Shown: positions 31,541 to 46,553, counted from the stretch's first letter. The stretch: DNA of 64,000 bases from the human T2T-CHM13v2.0 reference genome, Homo sapiens (GCF_009914755.1 NC_060938.1), one strand, 5' to 3'. Numbers and translations: made by a program. Notes: generated by a model not told the origin, from the letters alone.

Positions 31541-33744
31541 TAGTTCCTGATTTTTTAATGTTATTCAGCACAACATTATTCTGCTGCTTCCTGGGATTCA
31601 TGTGCTGAAAGTCATTTAAAACCAAATGCATATGGATTCAAGCAGAATGATGCCGTGCTGCTGAGAATCTGTGAGACACTAATATGTTGTAAGGTTACTG
31701 CCTTATGAGAGACTTGGGTATTTGACAAACTTTGTGGGTTACTGAAAGGGTACTTCTTATAAGAGTCATCAGTAATTGAGAAATGCTAGCACATAAATGC
31801 AATCAACAGATGAGAACAATCCTCTCTGTCTGAGCCTTCCATTTACTTAATGCTGCAGCAATGAGTGTTTTGAGCAGGGATATTGTGGGCTTGCCTTATA
31901 TGTCATGGTCACGTTAAACTCTACTTGTTGACGAGATCCAGTTTGACATTTATAGTAGCTGAAGAGAAACCAAGAAGGCTTACAAGTCAAGAAATTAAAG
32001 CAGCAGCTTCTAATGTAAAAGAAGTCTCAACAATAGAATATGCAATATATAGAGAGTTTATATGTATTAGGGTAGATTACAATGCTGTAATTAAAAGATG
32101 CAAAAATGTATAATAAAAATGAAAAGCAGCCTGAGGATATGGGCTGTGGAAAAGTTAACTTCAGACGATGGGAGAAGGAGAAGTTCATGACCACAACAAA
32201 CCAAGTAGGATGGAAGAAAAAGATTCCTATTCTAAGAAAGGCATGATAGACTAGAATCTCAAGAACAAATAATAATTGTAACATCACTAACATTATTGAG
32301 TGCTTATTGCAAGCCAGTCTTTGTTTTGAGTGCTTTAAGCATAGTAAGGAAAAGGTTAATATCGGAAAGGGATAGGTGGAAGGTCCTGTAGACTGTGGAC
32401 TGAAAGAAGGCTGTTCACTTTGATAGTTGGTGGGTGATTTGGGACTTTTGAGAGAAACGTTTCAACACAGTGGAAGGATTAGAAACTAGGTTTCAAAGGT
32501 TTAAGGAAGTAAGGATTAGGAAGGAGGTAGGTGCAGTGAATTCAGGCTAGTCTTCCCAGAGGTTTGTCCGTGGAGAAAGAGAGGTCATGTACCCAGTCGT
32601 GCTTTTGCTTAGTGTATGTGACTGTATGTTTGTTTAAAAATTCACAAGGTGAGCATATAATGCTGGTGTCATAAGACATCTTTTCTGAGTCTGAGATTAT
32701 GATGGGTCACCAACTTCTTTGGTAGGGTAAAATGATGTGATTATGAAAAGAACTGTGTGTGTCCTAGAAGGTGTTCCATCTTAACTAGAGACATTGAGTA
32801 AAGAAAGTACCTAGAAATGCAAACTATTTAGATAGAAATCATCCATATGTGTTACCTAAATATAAAAATAACTTCAAAAATTGTTCATTGTTTTTCTATA
32901 AGATGGTCATCACCCAATCTTGGTCATATATGCAATCCATCAGGGATTTGTTTTGATAGAGACTTTGGTTTCCATGTACAGTGGTTTATAAGAAAAACAC
33001 ATGTGGAAAATTCTATGAAGGTGACCTGCATCTATCTGATGATTTGGCCCACATCACTGCTAGGGAGAAATCTCTATGATAGATCCTTGATTTGTAAATT
33101 AAAGTCTATTTTATAGACTTTAAAATGTCTTTTCTAGAAAACAGAACTCCATATTTTAGGAGACTCCAAGGTCCCTCACGAGTACTTCAACAATCATGTT
33201 TCTGTATCCATTATTTGCAATACACAGATGGGAGCCTCATCCAAATTGTCATTTCTCTTAAAAAAAGAAAAAAGAGTCAGCTTTAAAATCTGTTGTAAGC
33301 TACTTGGGTGCCTTTTAGTGGCTTTTTGGAGGAAATCACTCAAAATGCCACTCTTCTCAGTGAGAGCAGTTTCCCAGTTGTGTCACAAAGGGATTATATC
33401 TCCATATTTTACTGAACTAGCTCCCTACATAATTAGCTGATAATTTAGAAGTTAAACAGTAAACATGCTACTTTCTGTTCTTTGCAAAGCTACCCTTGAT
33501 TCATTTTATAACAAGAGCTAGTCTTGCTTAGGAATGTTGTAGGTACTAATTTGCATAACTTCCCAAGAACTTCAGGATGAGCATGTGTTGTAATTCAAAT
33601 TGGAATCAAATTTAAGTAAGTTTACTTTTGAAATATAGATGTATGTATATATATTTAACCTCCTTCCAAGTTATTTATTTGATAGACTGCATATGCATTT
33701 CTTCCTATTAAATAACTTATAAGACATTACTAAGATAAGTGCTA

Positions 33745-34130
33745 TATTATAGCAATGCTAGATGCTTTAACAAACCTTAAAATTTCAGTAGCTTAACACA
33801 AGAGTTTTTTATTTTCAGAATTTTCCCACATGAATGTTACTGGTGGACGTGAATTTACTGCTTCTCCGAACTGACAAAAGTTGTGCCAGGCTTCTAGAAT
33901 GGCAGAATCACTCTGAGTGGTGCCTGTTATCCCCTCCCCACCCACCCATCACCTGGGTCACCTGGAGAAGCTTATAATGGACCAGACCTAGAAGCAGCAC
34001 GCAACCACTTCTGCTCATATTCTGTCTGCTGGAACTCAGTCACATGGTCACATTCAGTTTCAAGGCAAGCTGCAACATGTAGTCCAACCATATGCCCAGG
34101 AAGAAAAGTGGTATTTTGGTGTAGGACCTG
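33745..34130. mobile_element. MaLR LTR remnant (MLT1-type)
   Basis: aaaatttcagtagcttaacaca... and aactcagtcacatggtcaca...caaggcaagctg motifs. Confidence 0.6.
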
Positions 34131-34271
34131 TGGCCAAAGTATTAATAAATATTGATTTTTAGAAGGTTTTAATAGGCCATTGCTTTGTAACAGAATATCA
34201 CACAAAAACATGTTCTTTCTTTATAATTTATGTGCATTCCTCTCTAATCCGTTAGTATTACAGCATTATTT

Positions 34272-34431
34272 AAAAAATTTGACACATTATAGTTGTTCGT
34301 ATTTATGGGGGTACAATGTGATGTTTTCGTACATATATGCTGTATAATCATCCAATCAGGGTGTTTAGCATGACCATCACTTCATGCATTTATCATTTCT
34401 TGGTGGTGGGGACATCCAAAAGCCTCTCTTT
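34272..34431 (-). mobile_element. L1MA 3' end
   Basis: atttatgggggtacaatgtgatgtt...atttatcatttc; TSD agcattattt on both sides. Confidence 0.8.
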
Positions 34432-37217
34432 AGCATTATTTTTGTATAATAATCTGGGGAGGAGGGAGATTCACGGCTAGAGGGGATTTGACTGGGGATC
34501 ATAGTCAAACTCTATTTGAGATCTATGGCTGTACTTATAGACTTACCTGAAACTGACTGCTGGGAAGCATACCTGAGGACTCTGCCTCTGCTGAAGGTGT
34601 CACTTGCTATTCCTAGTAAGTATCTACTCTCATGACAGAGAAATAACCTTGCTGCTGAAATGTTTACATTAGCTGAGATGGCAAGAGTTGTTCTGTGTAA
34701 GCCAAAGAGTGCAGTGTTAATGGTGTGTCTTGCTATGGCGATTTAGGTTTGATTGTATTGCAGAATAGCCAAATTTGTGTTTTGCAAAAATCAAGATCCT
34801 TTCTGAAGACTTGCTTGTTCCTTAGATGCTAGTGTGGAAATCTACTTGTAAAAGGCCATACATTTCTGAGACAGAACAAATATCTTACTGGAATTGTAAC
34901 CTTATTTGATAGAAATTTGTATCTTTTACTTAGTAAAGTCATAATTAATATTTCTGTTGGTATTAGTAAATACCTGGAAATAATTTTTGTCATAATAAAT
35001 GCTTGTCACCAGAAGTAAATGAAAGCAGCAAATTGATTATTTACTGTCAAAATCTTTGACATTTTTGTGTGTCAGTGACTCATTTTTCCCTTTCACTTCC
35101 ATATTAACTGACATAGAAAAAGCTTTAATTTATTCTCTCACTACAATTTAGGCAGGATTGAGAAATAGATAATAGTTATAATTATTCACAGGTGAGTACT
35201 CTTCCATTATTTCATCAAGGTCAATGTTCACATAAGTTAAACTAAATCTCAAGTTTTGGGGAGCATATTTCCAGTCTATTTCCCTCTTTTCTTGTAAGGA
35301 ATTATGTTGAATGACTTTCACATAATTGTTGTCTTTTTTTCCTCTCTCTCAGTTCAAATAGTATATATCACATTGTATTTCATATACTCAAAAATACTTT
35401 AATATTATATAATATTGCAATATTATCAACATTAATATAAATATGCAGTAGTATCAACAAGTATCTTTAGCTATGATGGGGATTGGAAGTGGGAAAGTAT
35501 ACTTAAAAGGAAAAAAGGAAACATTTTAAGTAATTATTTTGAAGTTAATTGATTTAATGACACTATAACAAAAGTCTAGAATGTTTTATATCCCTATTCT
35601 CCTTCAGGAAGAACTATACATGTTTTTCACAATAAATTTACAGAAAATGTTTATCTTTGTGGTTGTATTCTTTCGTGGTAATCTTCAAAATATCCTCATC
35701 AACCACTGTGCTTTTTCCATACGGTCTGTCTTATATGGGATAGGCAAGTTCTATCTACAAATTAAAACAACTTTCTTGTTATAAATATGCTTCTTATTTC
35801 AGTACGATCAACAAAATGTTTAGGAGCACAAACAAATTCATTAATTATCTTTTGTATCCAGGGCAAAATATAGCAGGCAAATTGAAAAATGAATTGTTTA
35901 TTTTTGGAGGGACTGGGAATAAAGAACAATGAAACTTCCAAATAAAAGTAGTTGGACCTTTTTGCTGTGGATTTGAAAATAAGTCCAGAAGGCTGAGCTT
36001 AATATAACATGTGGCAGGTGGCCTGCGTTTGCCTGGAGAATTCCTTTAGGGCAAGACAGCTCAGCAAACACATAAATCCTTTTTTCTCTGTTATCTAGTA
36101 GCACATTTAGTTGCCATGGGGATTTTATTTATGCAGCAGATCCTCTGCAGTTCAGTTTGTGCCTGAAGTTTAACCGTACAGCTGTTACCATAAATGCTAC
36201 ATGGCAATATTTTCCAAACACAGACCCTAGAACAAAAAGAACATTTTTTTTCCAGCACTGATTTTGCTTTTTATGTTCTGAAACATCTTAGTAAAGTATT
36301 ACTATATACCAGCAAAACTTCACAAGTTTTCAGGCAAGCAGTTGGTATCATGTAATGTTACTTAAAGTGTTCAATTGCAAATAAATTACATGAAAATGTA
36401 GCAAATTTATTTTAGGTTAGGACAAAATTTTGCAAGCTTAAATGAGTAGCTTTTTAGTACTCTCTATTTTTAAGAGGATTTGTTTTTTTTCCACTGCCGT
36501 TATTTCTTAAAGGAGTTTAGATCAAATGATACGTAAGACAGAAATGCTTGCCAATCCACAACTTCTCCCTTTCACAGCTCTTTTAATATTTTTTCCCACT
36601 ATTTTTAGTGGAGGAGGGAGGAAAACAAGATAGGAAAACGGTGCTTGCTGTTGCAACAATCAAGGGACATGTAAGTTTCTCCAGCTCAGGGCTAGGTCCT
36701 GATTTGGAATGAATTGCTTTTGTTTAGTCTTGATTTGTACTACACCAGATAAGTCACCAATATGTCTCCTTTGTGTGAAGCAGCATGGATTGGTCAATGA
36801 AAAGGGGAACTGGTGCTTTTAGATGGAGTGCATAAAATTACCTCACACCATCTGTGTCACCGTGCACCAGGAAAATGATGAAAGGAAAACTTGAAATCCA
36901 GGTAAAGTTGCTCCCTTAGAAGGAAAGTAAGGCATTCAGAATCAAGATCTATTGTTCACGCCCTACTCCCGCATTACATTTCTGGTAGGTGATGTTGACT
37001 GTTTCAGAGAACTATAGAGATGTCATCCTTACGGATGGTTCTGCTCTAGTTAGAGGGTCAATAGATAAAATTTGAAATGATAAACTAAATGAAGACCTTC
37101 TGTTTAATGCCATATATTCTTGGCAGTAACCAAGCCATTTAACATTAAAACTGCATTGCTATAGTAGCAGTCATTAAAGATCATCTCTGCTAGGAGCATA
37201 TACTTTCAGATACTTTG

Positions 37218-37463
37218 TTTTTTTTTTGAGACAGAGCCTTGCTCTGTCACCCAGGTTGGGTTCGAGTGATTCTCCCTGTCTCAGCCTCCCGACTAGCTGG
37301 GATTATAGGCACCCGCCACCAGGCTGGGCTAATTTTTGTATTTTTAGTAGAGATGGGGTTTCACCATCTTGACCAGGCTGGTCTTGAACTCCTGACCTCA
37401 TGATCCACTCACCTTGGCCTCCCAAAGTGCTGGGATTACAGGCATGAGCCATGGCGCCTGGCC
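37218..37463 (-). mobile_element. Alu (AluS) with ~45-bp internal deletion in the right arm
   Basis: ccaggttgg joined directly to gttcgagtgattctcc; TSD core atacttt. Confidence 0.9.
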
Positions 37464-37807
37464 CATACTTTTTATTTCTATCAGAAATGGCCACATAAAT
37501 CTGAAAATGAACTTTGATACGATTACCGGAACCAACTAGAGATTTTAAATGACAGCCATTGCCAACTTTTGCTTACAAGATGGATACTCTGGCATTGAGG
37601 GCACTACACCTGCTATGAGAGGTGACCATAGTCTGTTCTCATTCACTGCAAATGCTTAGCCAGTGTGTCATATCACTTCTTAAGTGGTATTAGACAACAA
37701 ACATACATGCTTCCTTACACCCATCCAACCAACAGCGATGTTCAAGTGTTCAGTTTTCATTGTGATTTATTGAGAAAGGGCAGCAATATAACTGACTCAT
37801 AATGACA

Positions 37808-37975
37808 CGCTACTCAAAGTTTGGTCCATGGGCTAATAGCATTGGCATTTCCTGGGAGCTTATTAGAAATGTATAATCTCAGCTCTCCTCCTTCTCAAGA
37901 GATACTGAATAAGAATCTGCATTTTGACAAGATGCCCGGATGATTCCTATATCCATTGAATTTGAGAAGCATTGG
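37808..37975. mobile_element. MER5A-type hAT-Charlie DNA transposon relic
   Basis: ctactcaaagtttggtcc...ctgggagcttattagaaatg...gaatctgcattttgacaagat...tttgagaagcattg. Confidence 0.75.
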
Positions 37976-38189
37976 TTTTTTTAAGGCTATGAGCCTCAAA
38001 ATTAGAGAGAAAACTACACTAAAGGGGAAGGAGAAGTATGAGTTTATCAGCTATTTTAGGACCTGCTAGTAGCAGGACGCCTTAGCACTATTTTCATTCT
38101 TCTTTTGTATTTTTAATTCACATGCGCAAACTCTAGTTCGTAATGGGTCTGTCTTCCATCATTTATCCCTCCTGTTCGGTGATAATTAC

Positions 38190-38760
38190 TGCCAAAATTA
38201 TCTTTCAGAAATATAGTTCCAGTAGCCACTACATTACTCAGAATGTTTGAATCCCTCTTCCTTTGTCTATTGGCTCAATCTCCCTTTTTGACCTCTTAAC
38301 AGTCAGTCTTATGCACACTGACCCAAAATCAAGTCTGTCTTATGCACACTGACCCAAAATCATACCAAGTGACTCATCATGCCCTGAGCACATTGTATTC
38401 TTTTACAACTTCATGGCCTTGCGATGCTACTTCCTCTTCTGGGAATATCCTTTTATTTTTCACCTGATGACTTTTATTCATACTTGACGAACCAGTTCCT
38501 ACGTCTTTGAGATAAAACATCCATTTGTAGGCAGACAGAATGAGTTGCCCTCTCCATGGGTTATCTGTAGCATTTAGGCCAACCTCTCACATGGCACTCA
38601 TGACACTATATTTTGTTTATTTATTTAGGAGTCTGACTCCCCCACTAGACTGATTGCTCCTTGAAGGCATGACTCTTGTTCACTTTACCTGTATAATCCC
38701 AGCACCTGGGAAAGTAGTTAGCCTATAGCAGGTGCTTATTGTTTGTTAAATGAATGAGTG
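38190..38760. mobile_element. L2 LINE 3' fragment
   Basis: cccactagactg...ctccttgaaggca...cccagcacctg...aaatgaatgagtg L2 tail. Confidence 0.7.
38301..38362. repeat. 31-bp tandem duplication
   Basis: agtc(a/t)gtcttatgcacactgacccaaaatca x2, one mismatch. Confidence 0.9.
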
Positions 38761-41047
38761 CCAGATTGTTTAAAAGGACACCTTTTTAGCAATCAGAACT
38801 GCTAGTGAATGGAGACTTCAGAGTAAATCAGTCTCTGTCTCTCTGACATAACTTTTTAAAAAGAAAAATATTGTTCTCTTCTGAGAGAATCATGTCAGAT
38901 ATCCTGGAAATAGAAAGTATAATTGAAAGACACAGAAAGTAGGGTATGAAAAACAAAGTGCCTGAACTGAGAAATTACTGAAGCTTAAATGTTCAATTGG
39001 AGAGAAGCTGGTACACCTGAGAAAACTCAGGTGAATTAAAAAATGTATTTCTAAGGATTTGATTATACCTCACGTGGAAATTGTATCTCACTTATTACTG
39101 GCAGAGGATCTGATACTCAGATGACAGAAGTTTATCTTTGAAACAACACATAACTTTCCATGAGTACCCTAAAACAGTGTATTTTACTTACAGTGTATTT
39201 TCATGTGTACCAATGAAATTACTGTGTTAATGTATCACTGTTAAAATAGAAGAAAAATGAGCACGTTGGATTTTTCTTCAACTGCAAATGGTAGTAGTTT
39301 GTATCCAGCTATGATTATTTTCTGTTGGTGTAGATGTTCACTTAGAAACAGCACTGGGCTGTAAAGGGATGCCTTTCTGATTCTGGAGCAGACATGCTCT
39401 TGTACATTTACACCCTGTTTGTCTTATCCCTACTGCTGTAGGTTGAATGAATTGTGGAATTTCTAAGTTGTGCTGTGGAAGTGTGAAATGAAAGTTTTGG
39501 TATTTCTTCAGTAAAAGTGGGAAATTGGAACTATATAACCATCACCTTTCTCCAGAAGAGGGAAACTTTAGATGGACTTATCAAATCTAATTTGAATAAC
39601 TAGCAAAAATAAGGCTGGCAATGTCAGGGTTCAGACATTGCCACATAAATCGATGACATTTCAAATTATTCAACTCAAAAACCACTTATTTTTAATTGAT
39701 TGATATTTTGCCAAACAAAGATCACTAAAATGACTTTGGGGTTTGGTTCTGCTAATACGATTATCAGTGATGTTGAGCAAGTGTTTTAAGGAACCTGTGA
39801 TCCTTACAGTTCCCACCTTCATGTTGTGATACTCAGGTTCAAACGATCTCAAACTTATTTTTTTACTTCATGCCAGGAAGGGGGCTCAAATGTTTAATTG
39901 CCTACAGGTTTCGCTCTTAACACAAAGCTTGGTAGGTCTCAAATATCCTACACCTTATAAGAAGACTGAGATGGTTAAGGGGTCAGCAGGAGAAACAGAG
40001 ACTGAGGGAAAGAAGAAAGAAAATAAAACTTAAGGGGCTACTTTGAGAAAAGTTTTCTTGAAGAAGTCGGTAAGAGATCAACTACAGATTTTTATTGTGG
40101 ACGTTTTGATTATAAGATCACTAGAATAAAAAGGTTTTCAGTTAAGTCGAAAATAAAACAAAACAACACTTTTAGTCATGAGTGCTTTAGGAGTATTATT
40201 TATTTTTAAGGAAATATTTATTAAAAACCTGGGAAATACTGGCCGGACTGTCATTGCTGCACACAACAAAGATATACCTTTTAAACAACATTTTATTTTA
40301 TTTAGATAAATTAAATAAATTTAGATAATTAAATAATAGTATTTTATGTAGAAGATAAAGAACTATCAGAATTAGTACTGTAAATGGTCCATGATAATGT
40401 GCTTCAGCAGTTACTTTAGATTATCATGTTTAGATCATCACGGGAGACGTTTGGGGTGTAAATTGGAGTTATGGGGATTTGGGGGACCTACTAGAGACAA
40501 AGTGGGGAGCCACTTACCTGCCATTAATAGGGACCAAGGGAGATGCCACAAGAGCACCGTGTCAGGGATTTTGTGGATATTGTTCATTACTTGACTAGGA
40601 GTTGGGGTGCTGGTAACACAGGATAATTATTTCAGCTGTCCCATCCTTTCAGTGTTTTATATGCCACCTGGTCCAGGCATGGTGATTAATAAGCATTGCT
40701 GAAGTGGGTGGGGGCAGGGAGAAGGAGCAACAACTCAAAACCAAAAGAAGCAGTGGAGAGGGAGGCAGAAGAAACCACTATCTGCCTAGGCCTCTGTAGC
40801 AGATAGTCGGGAGGAGAAGCAGAGTTATATGTAATTTCCTGATAATATGTAGGCCCCAAGAAAAAGAAAAACCAAGTAATGCTGGGGAAATAATGGTAAG
40901 CTTAAAAACAGATAAGGTAAACACCAAACTAAAGGAGAGAGATTAACAGGTAAGTATATTCAGCTGTTGAGTTTCTTTTTTGGCAGCCTTAAAATCAATT
41001 AGTGTCAATGAGTTGAATTCCATAGGCTGGCAGTGTTTTCTGTGAAG

Positions 41048-41361
<314 letters not shown>

Positions 41362-41524
41362 TGAAGTTTTATAGAGGAAAGATTGTGTACATTTCTTTGG
41401 GAAACTAGACTGCTTTTTTAAACCATTATCCCCCCAATAACATCAGAGTAGATGCTTGGAGTGAAAAGATTTTCTTCTGGTACATGGGATGAGAAAGGGT
41501 GAGTTGTCTTTTCCTCTGCATTGT

Positions 41525-41765
41525 AGAGGCAGCGTAGCATAACAGGTAAGGGAAGGCAGAGACTCGGAAGCCGGACCACTTATATCCAAATTGTGACTGT
41601 CTTTAGTTAGCAAGTTACACCATCACTCTGTGTCTTTGTTTCCTCCTCTGTAAAATGAGGATAATGCTACTGCTCTCTAAAGGGTTGTAAGGATTAAATT
41701 CAATATCATGTAGAGCAGATATCACATTAGAACAATATTTGGCATGTCAGTACTAGATATTTTTA
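41525..41765. mobile_element. MIR
   Basis: gaggcagcgtagcat...tttcctcctctgtaaaatgaggataat...gttgtaaggattaaat. Confidence 0.75.
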
Positions 41766-41899
41766 TTGCTAAGAAATAAGGACTGAAAGAGGCATGTTAA
41801 TGGATAAGAAATATAGAGAAACATGAGATTGATACATGTATCCTCAACAAAAATGAAAGCTATCTGAAGACTAATGTTGGGAGAAAACCTTAACTCAGG

Positions 41900-42250
41900 A
41901 GAGGAAATAGATGAGAATATTTCAAAGCAGAATATTTAAATAAGAGGGCAAGACACTGTCTTTTAAGCAGACTTTATAATTGAGTATAAAATAAGAAAGA
42001 TGTTTAAACATAGTGATCAATTTTGGAAAGGAAAAGGTGTTACAAGAAGAAAAGGGCAATGATAAATTGCATAATATAAAGAAGTGAAGGTACCATTAGC
42101 TTTTAGGATTCATGGCAAGGAAGATGCCTTAGGAAGCTATTAGGAGGCATTCAAAGTACATTTGGAATAGATGTAGTTCAAGAGCCTGGAGAACTACCTA
42201 TAGGAAAACATTGACAGGATGATAGGAAAGAAGAAAGTACTTAAAGGATG
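41900..42250 (+). mobile_element. Probable CR1/L3 LINE ORF2 relic
   Basis: A-rich; decayed motifs resembling FKYI and LTDD.EKAEVLN (ttgacaggatgataggaaagaagaaagtacttaa). Confidence 0.35.
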
Positions 42251-45200
42251 GAGAAAAAGAAATATGTGTTCTTTTTCCCACTAAAATATATTAGCTGCTT
42301 GAGTGCAGGGACTTTTATCTTCTTCTTTGACTTCTCAGTGCCCAGACTTTTGCTTGGCATGTAATGGGTGCATTACATTATTTAATGAATTCATGAATGA
42401 AGGAAATTAATGGATTAATGAAGGAATTAAGTTTATTAATAATTTTTATAAGCACTAGAAGGAAGTAGGTCATATATGAGATATGATTTAACTCTGAAGT
42501 GTAACGGAATTTATTTATGGGCAATAGAAAAGAGTGAAATTTATCTTCAGGGTACAGAATTAGAAAATCCAGGAGTCGAGGAAATGATGGGAGATATTTT
42601 CTCAGAATTACTCAGATAAAATTATGGAACAAAAAATGAGATTTTTTTTTCCTGACAATTCAGTTCAGGTGTTAAGGATATAGAGGCAACAGTGGCTGAT
42701 AGAAGTGTGATCAATCTGTGAGCAAAGGCAGAGTATTTGCATGAGGACGTTACTCACCTCTGAACTTTATCGAGAACTGATGATTCCATAGAAATCCTTT
42801 TAAGAAGTTCCCGATGTGTTTTTCTTTAAATGAGAATGGACAAAAGCCTGTGAAACATGGCTCAGCTGCTTCCTGTTTCATATATGAAAGGCCCTGGACA
42901 TGGTCAAACCCAGGGTATAAAATATTTGTGGGACTATTATGGGAACAACTAGAAGTAGGAGTTAGAAGAAAGAAACAAAAATCTTTAAACCATACATGTT
43001 AGGAAAGAGGATCAAACTTATTACTTACTTAAAAATAGTAATGTTTTAGATAGACTAGTTACTTTTCATAAAGAAAACATGTTAAATAGCATAAAGGAAT
43101 TTTTAAGGTAATATTAATACAGATTATTTCCAATTTGGGTAATATGCTTTATAAGGGCTTTGAACACAAATGGCAGTTGATGTTTCTAGTGAATTAGGAA
43201 AAGGTAAAGGTCACAAGAAGAGCCGCCATTTAGCCTTCAGCTGTGTGAATGGGCCATAGATACCTCACGAGAAATTAACTGGCAACTTTAAGAGCCCCAT
43301 AGCATGCTAGTTTTCAAACTGCAGTCCTCTCTACTGGTGGTGCATTGTTCAGTTTTAAAAATTAATCGACTTTTCAGTTTTATATTTTTCCTAATAGCTT
43401 TTCTTTTCTTTGATATCAACCACTACTTATCTACTTGCAAGTGGCAATAGAGGACAGAAAGACTAAACAGTAAGTGGTAAACTGCATGCATTCTTTCATT
43501 CAGTTGATAGATGGTGTCTACTGCCTGCTGGACAGGCTACCACAGAACAAAATGGATGCCGTTCCTGTGTTCTAAACTTAGTGTAGCAGAGGTCTTACAG
43601 CTTTCTTGCACTGGGAAATTTCCTAGAAATGTTGAAAATGTAGATCCCCAGATATTACTCTGAGATGGTTTCTGTTAGCTGTGTGTGCAGGGCTGGGGAT
43701 GGGAGATTGTGGAGGTGCCTAATCCAGGCGGGTGGGTGGGGAGAGCTGACCACAGAAGGATTTCCCAGAGCAAGAGGCATGAACATGGAGAAGTGATGGA
43801 TGGGAAGGGCTTGGCCAGGATGAAAGGGTTTGGATGGTGTAAGGTAATGAAGAGAGGGTGGCAGACTGTTCTAGACAGAGGGAGAACAAGTGGAAAGACT
43901 GTGGCAGCTCATGCCCTTGTTCTACTTGGTAGGTTCCTCTGTCACTTAATATTGTAACAAGCATGTACAGAACACCTCCTGCAAGCCAGACTCCACTTAC
44001 CACTCATGTTGAGATTTGTTCCCAACCTCAGAGAAGTTCGTGGTTGGGCACATATACCTAAACATGTGGCTTAAGTGATTTAAAATAGTGAAATGCTTGT
44101 TGATTACAAAAATACATGTAACACATGTAAGCTGTAAGAAATAAAATATATATCTCTCACTTCACCGCTCAATTTAAAAAACTAGAACTGTAGTAGTATT
44201 ATTGAAGCTACCTGAATTTCCTAATTCCATCTCCACTGCCCTGGCTCTCCAACTGAGAGATCTTGATTTTTTTCATTTATTGTTCCCTGCTTTTGAAAAA
44301 AAAAAAACTCTAAATAAATGTTTTGGGGCATATTCTTTGGGACTTCCTTTATACACATTACATCCTCTGTAAATGGCAGTTTGGTTTTTGCCACCGTTGT
44401 CTTGTTTCTGATTTTAAATGAGATTTTTCTGATATTCAGCCACCAAGCTTTGCTGTAGTTTTTTCATGGACATTTCTTATCTAGTGAAGGACCTCCCTTT
44501 TTTGAGTATGCTATGAAGTGTTTGGTTTTTTAATTATGAGTTTGTGTAGAATTTGGCCAGATGATTTTTCTGCATATATTGAGAATATGTCCTTATTTTA
44601 CCTTTAATCTTTTGATGTGGTAAATTACACTTAATGATGTTTGTAGTGTTGCATTTCCGGCATAAAACCAACTTGGCCACGCTGTGTCTCTTGTGTTAGT
44701 TTGGGCTGTGTCTCTACTTGTGTTACTTTGGGCTTCTTCCTCCAAACAAGCCATGCTGCAAAAAGGATAATAGTTTATCCCTGCTCCCTTATAGAAGGAG
44801 GTTCAGATCCTGCATTTTACGGACTTGGGTCTTACTGTCCTAGAAAGCTGGCAGGTACTGAGCACAAAAGCAAACATTGAGAAGTTAGAAAGTTTCTGGA
44901 GTTCTCATTGTATTGGTTTCTAGTTCTTTACTCTTTTTAGAGGAGAAAATAGATAATCCCATGGCTTTGGAGGATGTGACTCACCTTCCTGAATCCTTAC
45001 TCTGTGAATAAACACTCTTCTGAATTCAGTAAAATACATTTCCCTTTCCTCCCTTCATGATAGATCCACTTGATACAAAATCTCAAAAGAATAAATAGGC
45101 AATTTGCATCACTAAGACTTATTAAGGGAGGCACAGATTTATAAATTTCTTCCTGGACAAGGAAATATTTGGCCTCGACTTGTGTTCACTCAGTAATTAT

Positions 45201-46120
45201 GATGGGATTCTACCCTTGTTAATAATAGAGAAATGGTAAAATTTTATTTTCTTTCAATTCTCTGAGAAATGTACAAAGCTGTCACAGCTTAATGTCAGCC
45301 ATAAAAATTCTGGAGTAATTAAAATGCAAAAAAGCTGTAAAAATTAGTGAACCTCACTTAAATCCCAGTGGTACTGTTTTTGGTGGAAGGTTTAGGACAT
45401 CTAAAACAATGGAAGAACGAATAAAAGCAAAGACAAAACAGATAATAAGTAATCAAATTGGTTTATGTACTTTAAAAAATGTGTATTGCATCTGTCTACC
45501 AATAAATGTATGTAGGATCTGTGTGGAAAAATATTTTTTTCTCAATCAACAATATAAGTTAAACTACATTGGAGGAAACCGGAAGAGATTTTTCTGTTCT
45601 TATATACCAGAAATTTGTTATCTTAAATATTGTTTGAAATAGGGTGTTATGAATGAGTTAGAAGCATGTGTTGTATAAAGATACCAATTTTATGACTAAA
45701 ATACTATTCGAACAGAATAAGATACTTCAAAGAAAATTATGTGAAATTATGACTTTTGTGCTATATTTTTATAAAAGTAGTGAGTGGCTGGACTAATATT
45801 TACCTGTTTAAAAAACTTCATTGTATTCCATACCCAGTGAGTGGTAGATGAGTTTTTGATCACTGTATTTCCACAGCTAAATGGTGCCGAGCCAGTATTG
45901 TATACTCAATACATATTTGAAATGAACCAATGAATGAATGAATTGAATACATTGTGTTGCTTCTCACAGATGTGTTTATGAGGTAATGTTACCTTGTCTC
46001 TGGTGTTACTTTTACACATAATGCCCTTTCCAACCAGAGAAGTAGGTGATACTTACATCTTAGACAAAGTATCGTATCAGAAATGGCTTCATGAGTGTTT
46101 TCATCAAAACTGGAAAATGG

Positions 46121-46553
46121 TTAGCCATCATCCTCCATATGCTCTTTTCATATACTGACAATCTCTTTTTGTCACTTTTGACCTCATTCCAACTAATTTC
46201 AGTCCCATTACGAATTTTCCACAGGATTTTTTTCCAGGTTTTTGTAACCTGGAGAAAAGCCCCACAGCAGAAACCAGGGGCCAAGATTTCCAGTCTCTCT
46301 TCTGCAGAGGACTCCCTGGATGTGGTGGTGGAAAAGTTACTGCAGCTCTGGGCTCCACTCACTGATTGAAACAAATAATCTGTAGCGTGCTTCTCATTTT
46401 AGAATTCTGTGAGTCTAAGAGTAAGAAATTTATTAATGTATCTCTTTTCTAACAAATAATGAAAATAGGGCATTAAGGGAAAGAGAGAAATAACTATGGG
46501 GTTTATCAACCATTGTCAGTGTATGAAAAAGCCATCTGGACAATGATAGCTAA
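46121..46553. repeat. Imperfect inverted repeat with 42-bp arms (46121-46162 / 46512-46553) and a 349-nt loop
   Basis: Ungapped pairing: 34/42 Watson-Crick plus 2 G-U as + strand RNA; the innermost 18 pairs are uninterrupted. Confidence 0.9.
46225..46408 (+). other. Candidate stop-containing (poison/cryptic) exon inside the inverted-repeat loop
   Basis: Branch-like ctaat at 46192-46196; acceptors ttttccacag|46225 and tttttttccag|46238; GC-richer body; donors tct|gtgagt (46409) and aga|gtaaga (46421); stops in all three frames. Confidence 0.4.

Noticed and set aside
46060-46374. Overlapping 104/92/76-aa ORFs as a small protein gene
   Set aside because: No recognisable protein; better explained by local GC enrichment of the candidate exon
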